A stretch of 64,000 nt of DNA from Eledone cirrhosa. Its lineage: Eukaryota. The position numbers and the translations under genes were made by a program. How positions within the stretch are numbered: position 1 is the first letter of the stretch; every line of letters starts with the position of its first letter. The stretch is from NCBI GenBank assembly GCA_964016885.1, contig OZ024743.1, positions 45,694,001 to 45,758,000 on the forward strand, in the 5' to 3' direction. Under the pieces are notes generated by a model. That model made no database searches and had not been told where the DNA came from. It worked only from the letters and a program-made list of their open reading frames with translations. Of the stretch, positions 38,908 through 51,559 are shown one piece after another.

Positions 38908-39243
38908 GTAATTTGATTGATTATAAATGAAATTATGACTGTCACGTGAACAAGTACATTAAATTTCGCGCCCCTATTTTGGAATTGTTTTGTAGCCATT
39001 TAGAGAAATTTGTGCCAAACAAAAGATAATGGTCAAGAAAAAGGGATGGAGAGAGTTGTTCTGGTTCAGTGCTGAAATGTAATTTGATTGGTTATAAAGG
39101 AAATTATGACTGTCACGTGAACAAGTACATTAAATTTCGCGCCCGTATTTGGGAATTTATTTTGTAGCCTTTTAGAAAATGTTGTGCCAATCAAAAGATA
39201 ACGGTCAAGAAAAACGATATAGGGAGAATTGTTCTGGTTCAGT
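38908..39243. repeat. Tandem duplication of about 170 bp; GTCACGTGAA..TTTCGCGCC motif also at 38680 and 38812
   Basis: 38908-39070 is similar to 39078-39243. Confidence 0.7.
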
Positions 39244-39717
39244 GATTATGGCTGGTGTGCTTGGGTGTCAAAATTCAGACTTTATATTGAAGTAAAGAAA
39301 ATAGAGATATGTATGTTTATTTGTGTACTGGTGTGTGTGTGTGTAGGAAGATGATTCTATTAGTACAAATGGGGGAAGGAGTTGTGTGTGGGGGGTGTTA
39401 TATATGTGAGTGTATGTGTGTATGGGAGTATGGAAATTTTTCTGAGACAAGACAATCTGTTGTAGTTGTTTTAAACAACTACAACAGATTGTCTTGCCTC
39501 AGAAAAATTTCTATAGACTTTTCACTGAGGAATGTTCTCACAACTGACCAATGGGGTGCGAGCATGTCCTATGACGCCGAAATTCGTTTGTTCTAACGCA
39601 TATAATACCAGTTCCTCAGAGGAATAACAACACAACCAGGAGCTGGACATATCGATATATTGACGGAGTAAAACACATTTCAACAACATGGTACCTGTCT
39701 TTCCCACACCAATTCGG

Positions 39718-39772
39718 ACTGTCTGAAGAGGTCACAGCAAATGATGGCCGCCACCGAAATATATATAGCCGT
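39718..39772 (+). ncRNA. Hammerhead ribozyme (family shared with 43165-43219)
   Basis: CTGAAGA-ggt...acc-GAAA-TATATA-TA; stem I imperfect. Confidence 0.6.
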
Positions 39773-39928
39773 ATATCTATAATTTATAATAAACGAAGCC
39801 AAATTTTACATATTTGACTTAATTATTTTACATTACTCCGGAGTAAACAAACCAGCCTGCGTACTTCGTCGAGTGCTCCAATCTGCATACTGAGTAAACA
39901 ACCAACATATACTCAAAATATATATATA

Positions 39929-39971
<43 letters not shown>

Positions 39972-40828
39972 AAGCAGAAAATTGCTTATTGTGATCCAGT
40001 TCGTGGTTAAGAAAGCCAGTTTCTTGGACGGTTTCAACGTACGGTTAGGGGTAACTCTACAAGTTTGTAAGAATTCCGTTCAATCTTGGAGTATAAAGTA
40101 TAAAAGTGAAAACACAGGCAAGCATTAAGAGAGGGCTTTTATCCAGGTATTTACGACCTTTTCATTGGTAAGTGCAACCTTATATTGCTATACTGCAAAT
40201 AGCAGCCACTCAATTATAATTGTTGTTCACGTCCAAATTTTCAAAATAGTGAGTAAGTTACTCTTGAAATAGTTCTTAATATATAGAAAAAAACATTTTT
40301 TTGGAATTGTATTTACTAGTATAGAGAGAGAGAGAGGAAGAGGAATTAGAAGGTCAGGGGTCAAACGGAATAGTACAGAGAGAGAGGGAGGGGGAGAAGA
40401 GTTAGGAAGTAGAGTGACAAACTGAGATGGGGAGAGGGGTAGAGGTGGAAGGATTCCTTGATCAGTTTTGATATGTAGACTTCATGTCGTCGAATGTAGT
40501 GAGTTAAAGAGAATTAAATTGATCATAGTGGGAGGGATGGAGAGAGAGAGAGAGAGAGAGGGGGGATATAAAGAGATAAATATATATATAAAAAATAAAG
40601 ATAAAGATAATAATGACAAAAATAAAAGCAAAGAAGGGAGGAGAGATAAGAAAAGAAAAGATAGCCAAAAGGGGGAAGGAAGGAAGGAAGAAAACGAAGA
40701 AATAGAAGAGGGATGAAGGAGAAGGGAGGGATATAGGTATTGGTTTTTGTGGGTAATTAAAAGGGTTTAGATACAATAAGAGGGTATAAAGTCTAAGTAT
40801 ATGCAGTTTGTTAGTTGGTAGTAAGAGG

Positions 40829-42373
40829 TTAAGGGTTCGATTTGCACTTGTAGTGCGAAAACTTTTCGTTCAGTCTATGGTTACAATAAATTGATCTTTT
40901 GATTTTATTGTTGAGTAACTTTTTCTTCGAACTCAAAATGTGGGACAGCTGAAGGTCACATAATCGACAGCTTCTCATACCACTCCGATATGTGGGCGCG
41001 TTCGATAATTTTTTCCACTTCAGGGTGTATTGATGGTTACTTTCCCTCAGTTGCCAGGTCTTGTTTGCAAGAGTAGTTACATAACGATCCTGGGAATGTT
41101 TCATTGCGTAACGGTGTGTATACCAACGGGCTTTAAATGTATTCCTAGTCGCTCCGATGTAATACCATTTTTGTTTGTCTGATTCCACTGTGCATTGGTA
41201 AACCAGGTTAGACTGCATACATTCATTATGTAATGGACAGGTTTCAGGTAGGTGGCAGTTACAATTCTTGTCATGGGCAACTTTGGCATTATTGGTGGGC
41301 TGCGATGCCTGTACAAGTGTGTTACGTTTTGTTTGCTTATTAGCGGGTGGTTGTGTATTAGATATTGTGTTGTGTTCAATGGTGATTGTATTGTTATTGT
41401 TGTAAATTTGTGTTCTGGTGTTATGTATCTTTTTAGCGTTAAGCATCTTAATGTGTGCCTCTATATTTGGTGCCGTGGAGTAAGATAGTCTAATAGATTT
41501 AGTGTTAAGGATTTTGCTGTATCTATGTGAATCTGGAAAGTGCTTATTTATTATTCGAAAGAAGGTAGAGGGTAGGTTAGTACTAATGGAGGTGTTAAAT
41601 ATGGGGTTATACCAAATATATTTTCTAATGCGTGACTTGTTTGATTTCGATGTTGTATTTCTATTTACCGTATACTTTGTAGTTCTATGCGTAAGTACAT
41701 GTGTGCGTGTGTTTCTGGAGTTTGTGTTATGCGTGTTCGTGTGCGCTTTGCGGAAGCTTTCATCTATATATTCTACTCTATCTAAGTGGCCTGCCTCGTC
41801 TAATGCGGTATTGTAGCATTCTGCATGTTCCTCGAAGATTTGTCGGTTAGACGAGAGGCGGGAGATCCTAAGGGATATGTTGCGTGGAATGGATTTAATT
41901 ATGGATAGTGGGTGGTTTGAGTTACAGTCGATGTATGCTAAGTTTTCATTAATCTTGTGAAAAGGTCTTATAAGTCCTGTATTTAGGTTAAGCGTCGCGT
42001 CTAGAAAGTTAACTATTTTAGTGCTATACTCATACGTTATGCTAAAGCCTAGTTTCCCGAGAGTCTTTCTAATATTCTTACGGAGTCTTTCTATGCTCTG
42101 GTTATTTAAGTTCTTAACTAGGAGAAGGGCATCGTCTCTGTATATTCCACCGTGAAGGTCGCTAAACTCACTCTGTAAACTATCGGCTATGTAAATACCT
42201 ACTAAATCTGTGACTTGAGCCAAGTCGTTAACCCCCATCATGATGTCAAAGTTATTTAATCTATCCTTACGTTCCCAATAGGCGTTTTCAAATTTAATTA
42301 TTGTTTTCCTAGCAGCTAATATGATTTTTAGCTCGTCGTCTGTTAGGTCAGAATTGGCTTTGGCGAATGCTAT
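40829..42373 (-). CDS. Naiad-like PLE RT + GIY-YIG ORF, 5'-truncated but uninterrupted over about 515 codons
   Basis: Frame stays open upstream of the called Met (IILAARKT..FDIMMG); GGIYRDD, VNFLDATLNL, CNCHLPETCPL, YIGATRNTFKARWYTH, CRLC, CNHR. Confidence 0.9.
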   Translation of the reverse strand: MAFAKANSDLTDDELKIILAARKTIIKFENAYWERKDRLNNFDIMMGVNDLAQVTDLVGIYIADSLQSEFSDLHGGIYRDDALLLVKNLNNQSIERLRKNIRKTLGKLGFSITYEYSTKIVNFLDATLNLNTGLIRPFHKINENLAYIDCNSNHPLSIIKSIPRNISLRISRLSSNRQIFEEHAECYNTALDEAGHLDRVEYIDESFRKAHTNTHNTNSRNTRTHVLTHRTTKYTVNRNTTSKSNKSRIRKYIWYNPIFNTSISTNLPSTFFRIINKHFPDSHRYSKILNTKSIRLSYSTAPNIEAHIKMLNAKKIHNTRTQIYNNNNTITIEHNTISNTQPPANKQTKRNTLVQASQPTNNAKVAHDKNCNCHLPETCPLHNECMQSNLVYQCTVESDKQKWYYIGATRNTFKARWYTHRYAMKHSQDRYVTTLANKTWQLRESNHQYTLKWKKLSNAPTYRSGMRSCRLCDLQLSHILSSKKKLLNNKIKRSIYCNHRLNEKFSHYKCKSNP

Positions 42374-42379
42374 TTATGA

Positions 42380-42830
42380 ATTTAGGAATTTATAAATTTC
42401 CGGTTGGTTGGTTGGTTCCACAACCAGATGATTGTTTATATATTGTCAAAGTTATTTCGTCACACATTCTGTGACCTCTTCAGTGACTGGGGATTCTTTT
42501 CTTTGTCTTTTGTGCCTCTCCTTTGTTCTGTCCTACATCATCATGTTTTTGTGTGTGTGTTGTGTGCTTAGTTTGCGCATGTGTTACATCCGGGTGTCTG
42601 TGTGTGTTTATATTCGTTTATTTATTTGTTTATTTACATGTTACTGGTTGGCTGTTTGTTCTATGTGCGTGTGTGTTTTCATGTTGTGCTTAAATGTAAG
42701 TGTAAGTGTAAGTGTAAGTGTAAGTTGTGATGATTAATAAATTTATAAATTTAGGAATTTATAAATTTATAAATTTCCGGTTGGTTTGTTGGTTCCACAA
42801 CCAGATGGTTGTTTATATATAAATATAACA
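42380..42830 (-). mobile_element. PLE 3' end related to 5540-6050, with HHR at 42445-42487 and short direct terminal duplication
   Basis: Sequence match to 5600-6000; 42375-42442 is repeated at 42745-42820. Confidence 0.7.
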
Positions 42831-42892
42831 ATATCGGTTTCAACACACGTTTTCAGATAAAGAATCTTGCTAAACAAATTCAGAAACGAAAT

Positions 42893-42972
<80 letters not shown>

Positions 42973-42973
42973 G

Positions 42974-43073
<100 letters not shown>

Positions 43074-43081
43074 CATATACA

Positions 43082-43113
<32 letters not shown>

Positions 43114-43124
43114 AAATAAAATAA

Positions 43125-46100
43125 AATAAATAAGTCAAATGTTTAAAATTTGGCTTCGTTTATTACTGCTATATATATTTCGGTGACAGCCATCTTTGGC
43201 TGTGAGCTCTTCAAGCAGTCCGAATTAGTGAAAAGAATTTAAAAAGTCATAGGGGTTAAGAGTGCTCTATGTAAGTACCAGAGCTAAATTTAATGTATAA
43301 TAAACAATACAATATAATTACCTCATTACCAGAGATTTCCCGAATAAGACGGATACAAGAAACATCCTCATTCGTTCGACGGACAAGGCAATTTAAAACA
43401 TAGTGAAATATTTGAAAAATCTCATCAAGAAAGGCAAAAGTTTAACGGGCAAAAATATATATAAATAAAAGTAATGCAAGAGATATATAAAAATAAAATA
43501 AGGAAATATAGTTAGGGTATGTGTATAAATGTGTGTATATTCACTCACAAATGTACATATGTGTGTATCTACAAATGCATGTGTATAGTGAAAAAATGTG
43601 TGCGTAAGTACATATCTGGGGGCAAGCATATCAGTGTATGTGTGACCACAAATACGTATATAATATATGTTGAAAAAGAAATTGTAAGATAATAGATTTA
43701 ACGTACATCCAGACTCAGGTACTAAGGATTGAAATATATACACATACAAGTATGAAAGCACGCGTATAAACACACACACACGCGCAACCACATACATGCG
43801 AGTGATATATACAGGGAAGGGAGTGTATCATGTATAAAAATGAAAAAATATCGACACATGTATAAAAATGAAAAAATATATGAGAATAAAAAATTAAATG
43901 AAAGAGAAAGTAAGAGGGGCGGTTATCAATTATAAAGTAACACTAGAAAAAATAGAAAACAAACATAGTTTCGTACATACACATATATATATATAAATAC
44001 GTACAGACAAAAGCACATACATGCGTACATACATACAAAGGCGCGCATACATACACACGAAGCACATATATATATACGTACATGTACATCTAATCACACG
44101 CACGCACGCGACTATATATATATATATACACATATACATACACATACATATATATATATATATACATATACATATACGTATACACACACCATACATATAC
44201 ATAAGTATGTAAAAAACATAGATATAAAAACACACATACACACACACATATACACACACACGCGCACATATGAATGCATTCGTATACATATGCAAACACG
44301 CATACACACACAAGCACGCTCACACGCATAGATACAATATGAAAACCAGCCGTATGAATAAATTAGTACAAATTATACGCAAGTAAACATACATAAAGGC
44401 GGCTGAGAGACAACAGAATATATGTGGAGTTGAAAACGCAAGTGACAGTGTTATCAGGTAGAGAAAGAAAATAGGGAAGTAAAATATGTAAAATTGTGAA
44501 AATATAAAGTAAGTGAATAAAAAATCGGGGGGGGGGGGGGGGGGCTCACTGGTGGATGTGAAGTAAAAATAAAGTTTTTTAAAAAAATAAAAGTAAATCA
44601 GAAAGAGAAGTCTGTAAAGAGGATAATTTAAGGAAAGTGAAGAACAAGAGTTTATGGAGGATAACTATCTGAAAGTGAGTTAAGTTTATATGAGCTGGAA
44701 AGCAAGTGTGATTTCATGTGTGGGCAACTGGTGAAAATTTCTGTTTTTGCATTTACGCAGGTTTTTGGTGATTTAAGGTTCTGTAAAATCCAATATATTT
44801 CACTTATGCAGAGTGCGCATCTTCTTCTTCCTCTTGTATATTCTTTAGATTGGTTCAAAATTGACCAATCTAATTTATATTGGATACTTTGGTTTTTCAA
44901 ATCCCATATTCTGCTAGCCAGAGATGTTGTAAATCTTTTTTCAGGATGTCGGAAAGATGCGACATGTGAGTAATAACACGTTTTGAATTTGTTTTGTGTC
45001 ATACCCACATATCGTTCGCTGGTGGCTGGTAGGTTGTTGCTGGTGGTTGTCACTTTAGCCGCATATACAATGGCTTTGGTAAATCCGCTATTTTGAAGGG
45101 CTTTATTATAATAGGGGATGCCTTATTGAAAATAGCTTCTGAGGGAGAGAGGGTGGAGATCCTAAGGCTAATATTAGGGATGAGATTTTTAAAAACTATA
45201 GGAGGATGGCAAGAGCCTTTATTTATATATTTTAAATTTTCATTAGGTTTATGGTACGGTTAATAAGAAAGACTTAATAAAAACCTTCGCTAGATTTAAT
45301 CTTAAAATTACCATTGATACTAACCTTTCCAATGTTAATTTTCTAGATATAAACCTAGATCTGCCTACTGCTTCTTATACATCGTACCATAAATCTAATG
45401 AAAATTTAAAATATATAAATAAAGGCTCTTGCCATCCTCCTATAGTTTTTAAACTGCCTAAATGCAAAAACAGAAATTTTCACCAGTTGCCCACACATGA
45501 AATCACACTTGCTTTCCAGCTCATATAAACTTAACTCACTTTCAGATACTTATCCTCCATAAACTCTTGTTCTTCACTTTCCTTAAATTTCCCTCTTTAC
45601 AGACTTCTCTTTCTGATTTACTTTTATTTTTATTTTTAACTTTATTTTTACTTCACATCCACCAGTAACCCCCTCCTCCCTCCTGCTTTTTGATTCACTT
45701 ACTTTACATCTTCACAATTTTACATATTTTACTTCCCCACTTTCTTTCACTACCTGATATCACTGTCACTTGCGTTTTCAACTCCAGATATATTCTGTTG
45801 TCTCTCAGCCGCCTTTATGTATGTTTATTTGCGTATAATTTGTACTCATTTATTCATACGGTTGGTTTTTATATTGTATCTATGCGTGTGAGCGTGCTTG
45901 TCTGTGTATGCGTGTTTGTATATGTATACGAATGCATTCGCATGTGCGCGTGCGTGTGATTAGATGTACATGTACGTATATATATATATGTGCTTCGTGT
46001 GTATGTATGCGCGCCTTTGTATGTATGTACGCATGTATGTGCTTTTGTCTGTACGTATTTATATATATATTTATATATATATGTGTGTATGTACGAAACT

Positions 46101-46647
46101 ATGTTTGTTTTCTATTTTTTCTAGTGTTACTTTGTAATTGATAACCCCTCCCACTTACTTTCTCTTTGATTTAATTTTTTATTCTCATATATTTTTTCAT
46201 TTTTTCATTTTTATAAATGTATCGACCTTCAGGTTGACACTGCTTTGACTGATACACTCCCTTCCCTATATATATCACTCGCATGTATGTGGTTGCGCGT
46301 GTGTGTGTGTTTATACGCGTGCTTTCATACTTGTATGTGTATATATTTCAATCCTTAGTACCTGAGTCTGGATGTACGTTAACTCTATTATCTTACATTT
46401 TCTTTTTCAACATATATTATACACGTATTTGTGGTCACACATACACTGATATGCTTGCCCTCAGATATGTAATTACGCACACATTTTTCACTATACACAT
46501 GCATTTGTAGATACACACATATGTACATTTGTGAGTGAATATACACACATTTATAAACATATCCTAACTATATTTCCTTATTTTATTTTTATATATCTCT
46601 TGCATTACATTTATTTATATATATTTTTGCCCGTTAAACATTTGCCT

Positions 46648-46650
<3 letters not shown>
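43125..46650 (-). mobile_element. Internally deleted Naiad-like PLE with nested inversions (43429-44755 / 45459-46650 and 45190-45258 / 45383-45453)
   Basis: GIY-YIG fragment 44652-45080 (YVGMTQNKFK, CALCISE, SCPH), RT-end fragments on both strands, terminal HHR at 43165-43219. Confidence 0.85.
43165..43219 (-). ncRNA. Hammerhead ribozyme, U3-G8 core
   Basis: actgc-TTGAAGA-..acagcca aaga tggctgt..-GAAA-TATATA-TA-gcagt. Confidence 0.6.
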
Positions 46651-46728
<78 letters not shown>

Positions 46729-46986
46729 AATATATATAGGTATATATATATATATATATGTATGTATATACTTATATATATATATGCATATATATATATA
46801 TGTATATATATGTATGTATATATATACGTATATATATATATATATGTATATATATATGTATGTATATATATGTATATATATATGTATATATATGTATATG
46901 TATATATATATGTATGTATATGTATATATATATATATATATGTATATATATGTATATGTTATATATATATATGTATATATATGTAT

Positions 46987-48104
46987 ATTAGAATTTGGAT
47001 TTAATGCTCTGAAATAGCGATATATATGTGAAGACAAACATAGAATATTCGAAAATATTCTGTATGTTTATAATAAACATTTTGAACACCCAATCGCTAT
47101 AGAATAGAATACGTCACGTATTACAATTTGAGATTCTCGATAAAAGCAAGGGAAGTAATCTACGCGTTTCATTCTTATTAGAAATCATCAGGATTACATA
47201 TCCAATGCTTTTATCGAGAACGACACAGCTAGAGACTTATAGAATACTTAGCTGTGTACAGGAACTGGTGTGAAAGAGCGGTAGCCGGTCCGGCAGAAAT
47301 TAGAATTTGGATTTAATGCTCTGAAATAGCGATATATATGTGAAGACAAACATAGAATATTCGAAAATATTCTGTATGTTTATAATAAACATTTTGAAGA
47401 CCCAATCGCTATAGAATAGAATACGTCACGTATTACAATTTGAGATTCTCGATAAAAGCAAGGGAAGTAATCTACGCGTTTCATTCTTATTAGAAATCAT
47501 CAGGATTACATATCCAATGCTTTTATCGAGAACGACACAGCTAGAGACTTATAGAATACTTAGCTGTGTACAGGAACTGGTTTGAAAGAGCGGTAGCCGG
47601 TCCGGCAGAAATTAGAATTTGGATTTAATGCTCTGAAATAGCGATATATATGTGAAGACAAACATAGAATATTCGAAAATATTCTGTATGTTTATAATAA
47701 ACATTTTGAAGACCCAATCGCTATAGAATAGATACGTCACGTATTACAATTTGAGATTCTCGATAAAAGCAAGGGAAGTAATCTACGCGTTTCATTCTTA
47801 TTAGAAATCATCAGGATTACATATCCAATGCTTTTATCGAGAACGACACAGCTAGAGACTTATAGAATACTTAGCTGTGTACAGGAACTGGTTTGAAAGA
47901 GCCGTTAGCCGGTCCGGAAAAGCATTGGATATGTAATCCTGATGATTTCTAATAAGAATGAAACGCGTAGATTACTTCCCTTGCTTTTATCGAGAATCTC
48001 AAATTGTAATACGTGACGTATTCTATTCTATAGCGATTGGGTCTTCAAAATGTTTATTATAAACATACAGAATATTTTCGAATATTCTATGTTTGTCTTC
48101 ATAT
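46987..48104 (-). mobile_element. Retrozyme-like array: three 312-bp direct units plus an inverted partial unit, four HHRs
   Basis: Units start at 46988, 47300 and 47612; inverted piece 47918-48104; HHRs at 47155-47197, 47467-47509, 47778-47820 (-) and 47933-47975 (+); no ORF. Confidence 0.85.
47933..47975 (+). ncRNA. Type I hammerhead ribozyme
   Basis: gtaatc-CTGATGA-t ttct aata agaa t-GAAA-CGCG-TA-gattac. Confidence 0.88.
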
Positions 48105-48229
48105 ATGTATATGTATATGTATATATATATAAATGTATATATATGTATATGTATATATATGTATATATATATATACTCTTTTACTCTTTTACCTGTTTCA
48201 GCCATCCGGCTGAGGCCATGCTGGGATAT

Positions 48230-48232
48230 GTA

Positions 48233-48274
<42 letters not shown>

Positions 48275-48333
48275 TATATATGTATATATATATGTATATA
48301 TATGTATATATATATATGTATATATATGTATAT

Positions 48334-48365
<32 letters not shown>

Positions 48366-48483
48366 ATATATATGTATATATATGTATATATATATATATA
48401 TATATATGTATACATATATATACATATATATATATATATACATATATATACATATATGTACATATATATATAAATATATATAC

Positions 48484-48516
<33 letters not shown>

Positions 48517-48781
48517 CATATATATACATATATATATATATACATATATATACATATATATATATATACATATATATACATATATATATATATACATATA
48601 TACATATATATATACATATATATATATACATATATATACATATACATGTATACAAATATATATATATACATATACATATACATATACATATATATACATA
48701 TATATATATACATATAAATATATATATATATACATATACATATATATATATACATATACATATACATACATATATATATAC

Positions 48782-48850
<69 letters not shown>

Positions 48851-48877
48851 TATACATACATATATATAAATATATAC

Positions 48878-48912
<35 letters not shown>

Positions 48913-48976
48913 CATCTAGATATATATATACATATATATATACATACATATATATACATATATATATATATATATA
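48230..48976. repeat. Compound (TA)n/(TATG)n/(TACA)n microsatellite
   Basis: Direct reading. Confidence 0.95.
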
Positions 48977-50129
48977 CAATTAAGTTAAAGTGTACATTTA
49001 CATATGTATACGGAAGTATTAGTATGCATATAAATACACACATGTATACATATGTACATGTACTCAGCTTTTCACTAGACACTTTACAGTGAGTGTCAGC
49101 TAGTCTGTATGTAACCACACAGACGGACCGGGTTTTAGAGTCATACGGGTTTTCAAGGAAACACATTTCCTCTATTCTCCAGAGGGCCAGACAGGAATAT
49201 TGGACTAGTTTCGATGTTATTACATCTCATCAGCAATATTTACCCTCTGGAGAATTGTAAAAGCACATATCGTTATATGCTTTTTCTATGAAAATTAGTA
49301 GTGGGTAGACTAATTTGCATAGAACGTGAGTCATTGTACGCACCGGTTCAGCGGAAACGATAAAAACAAATAACGAAACGAAATTAAATTTCGTTTCGCT
49401 TCTAACTCACTTCCTTGAAAACCCGTATGACTCTAAAACCCGGTCCGTCTGTGTGGTTACATACAGACTAGCTGACACTCACTGTAAAGTGTCTAGTGAA
49501 AAGCTGAGTACATGTACATATGTATACATGTGTGTATTTATATGCATACTAATACTTCCGTATACATATGTAAATGTACACTTTAACTTAATTGTTTAAG
49601 CGTCAGTCATACAAAAGTGAGTTAGAAGCGAAACGAAATTTAATTTCGTTTCGTTATTTGTTTTTATCGTTTCCGCTGAACCGGTGCGTACAATGACTCA
49701 CGTTCTATGCAAATTAGTCTACCCACTACTAATTTTCATAGAAAAAGCATATAACGATATGTGCTTTTACAATTCTCCAGAGAAGCCGGAAGATGGGTAA
49801 ATATTGCTGATGAGATGTAATAACATCGAAACTAGTCCAATATTCCTGTCTGGCCCTCTGGGGAATAGAGGAAATGTGTTTCCTTGAAAACCCGTATGAC
49901 TCTAAAACCCGGTCCGTCTGTGTGGTTACATACAGACTAGCTGACACTCACTGTAAAGTGTCTAGTGAAAAGCTGAGTACATGTACATATGTATACATGT
50001 GTGTATTTATATGCATACTAATACTTCCGTATACATATGTAAATGTACACTTTAACTTAATTGTTTAAGCGTCAGTCATACAAAAGTGAGTTAGAAGCGA
50101 AACGAAATTTAATTTCGTTTCGTTATTTG

Positions 50130-50134
<5 letters not shown>
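48977..50134 (+). mobile_element. Retrozyme-like element: 469-bp unit (about 1.5 direct copies, 49411-50134) preceded by an inverted copy (48977-49411)
   Basis: TTCCTTGAAAACCCG at 49411 and 49880; HHRs at 49196-49240 (-) and 49800-49844 (+); non-coding. Confidence 0.8.
49800..49844 (+). ncRNA. Type I hammerhead ribozyme, canonical GUC site
   Basis: aatattg-CTGATGA-gatgt aata acatc-GAAA-CTAG-TC-caatatt; perfect stems I and II; predicted cleavage after 49837. Confidence 0.92.
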
Positions 50135-51300
<1,166 letters not shown>

Positions 51301-51307
<7 letters not shown>

Positions 51308-51500
51308 GTGAAGTTTTTTTTTACAAAATGAAAAATAACCGAGGTGTCCTGAGAAAAACCACAGACCCTCCATCTCAACTCACCTTTTGAAAAGCAGAAG
51401 AACTGCGAAACCGGTAAAGGAACCAAATAAATATATATATGTTTTTTAAAAATAAGACTCCAGTTGCATTTTCGATTTCATCTCTTTTTCTTTATATTTA
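51301..51500 (+). mobile_element. U3-A8 HHR family element with inverted tail (HHR at 51383-51420)
   Basis: cctt-TTGAAAA-gcagaagaactgc-GAAA-CCGG-TA-aagg; left 50 bp is the family terminus in reverse. Confidence 0.75.

Positions 51501-51556
<56 letters not shown>

Positions 51557-51559
<3 letters not shown>

Noticed and set aside
40010-40110. Expected HHR at the 3' end of the 40.8-kb Naiad (minus strand ..CCAAGA..GAAACCGTC)
   Set aside because: The core and stem I are too degenerate to call.
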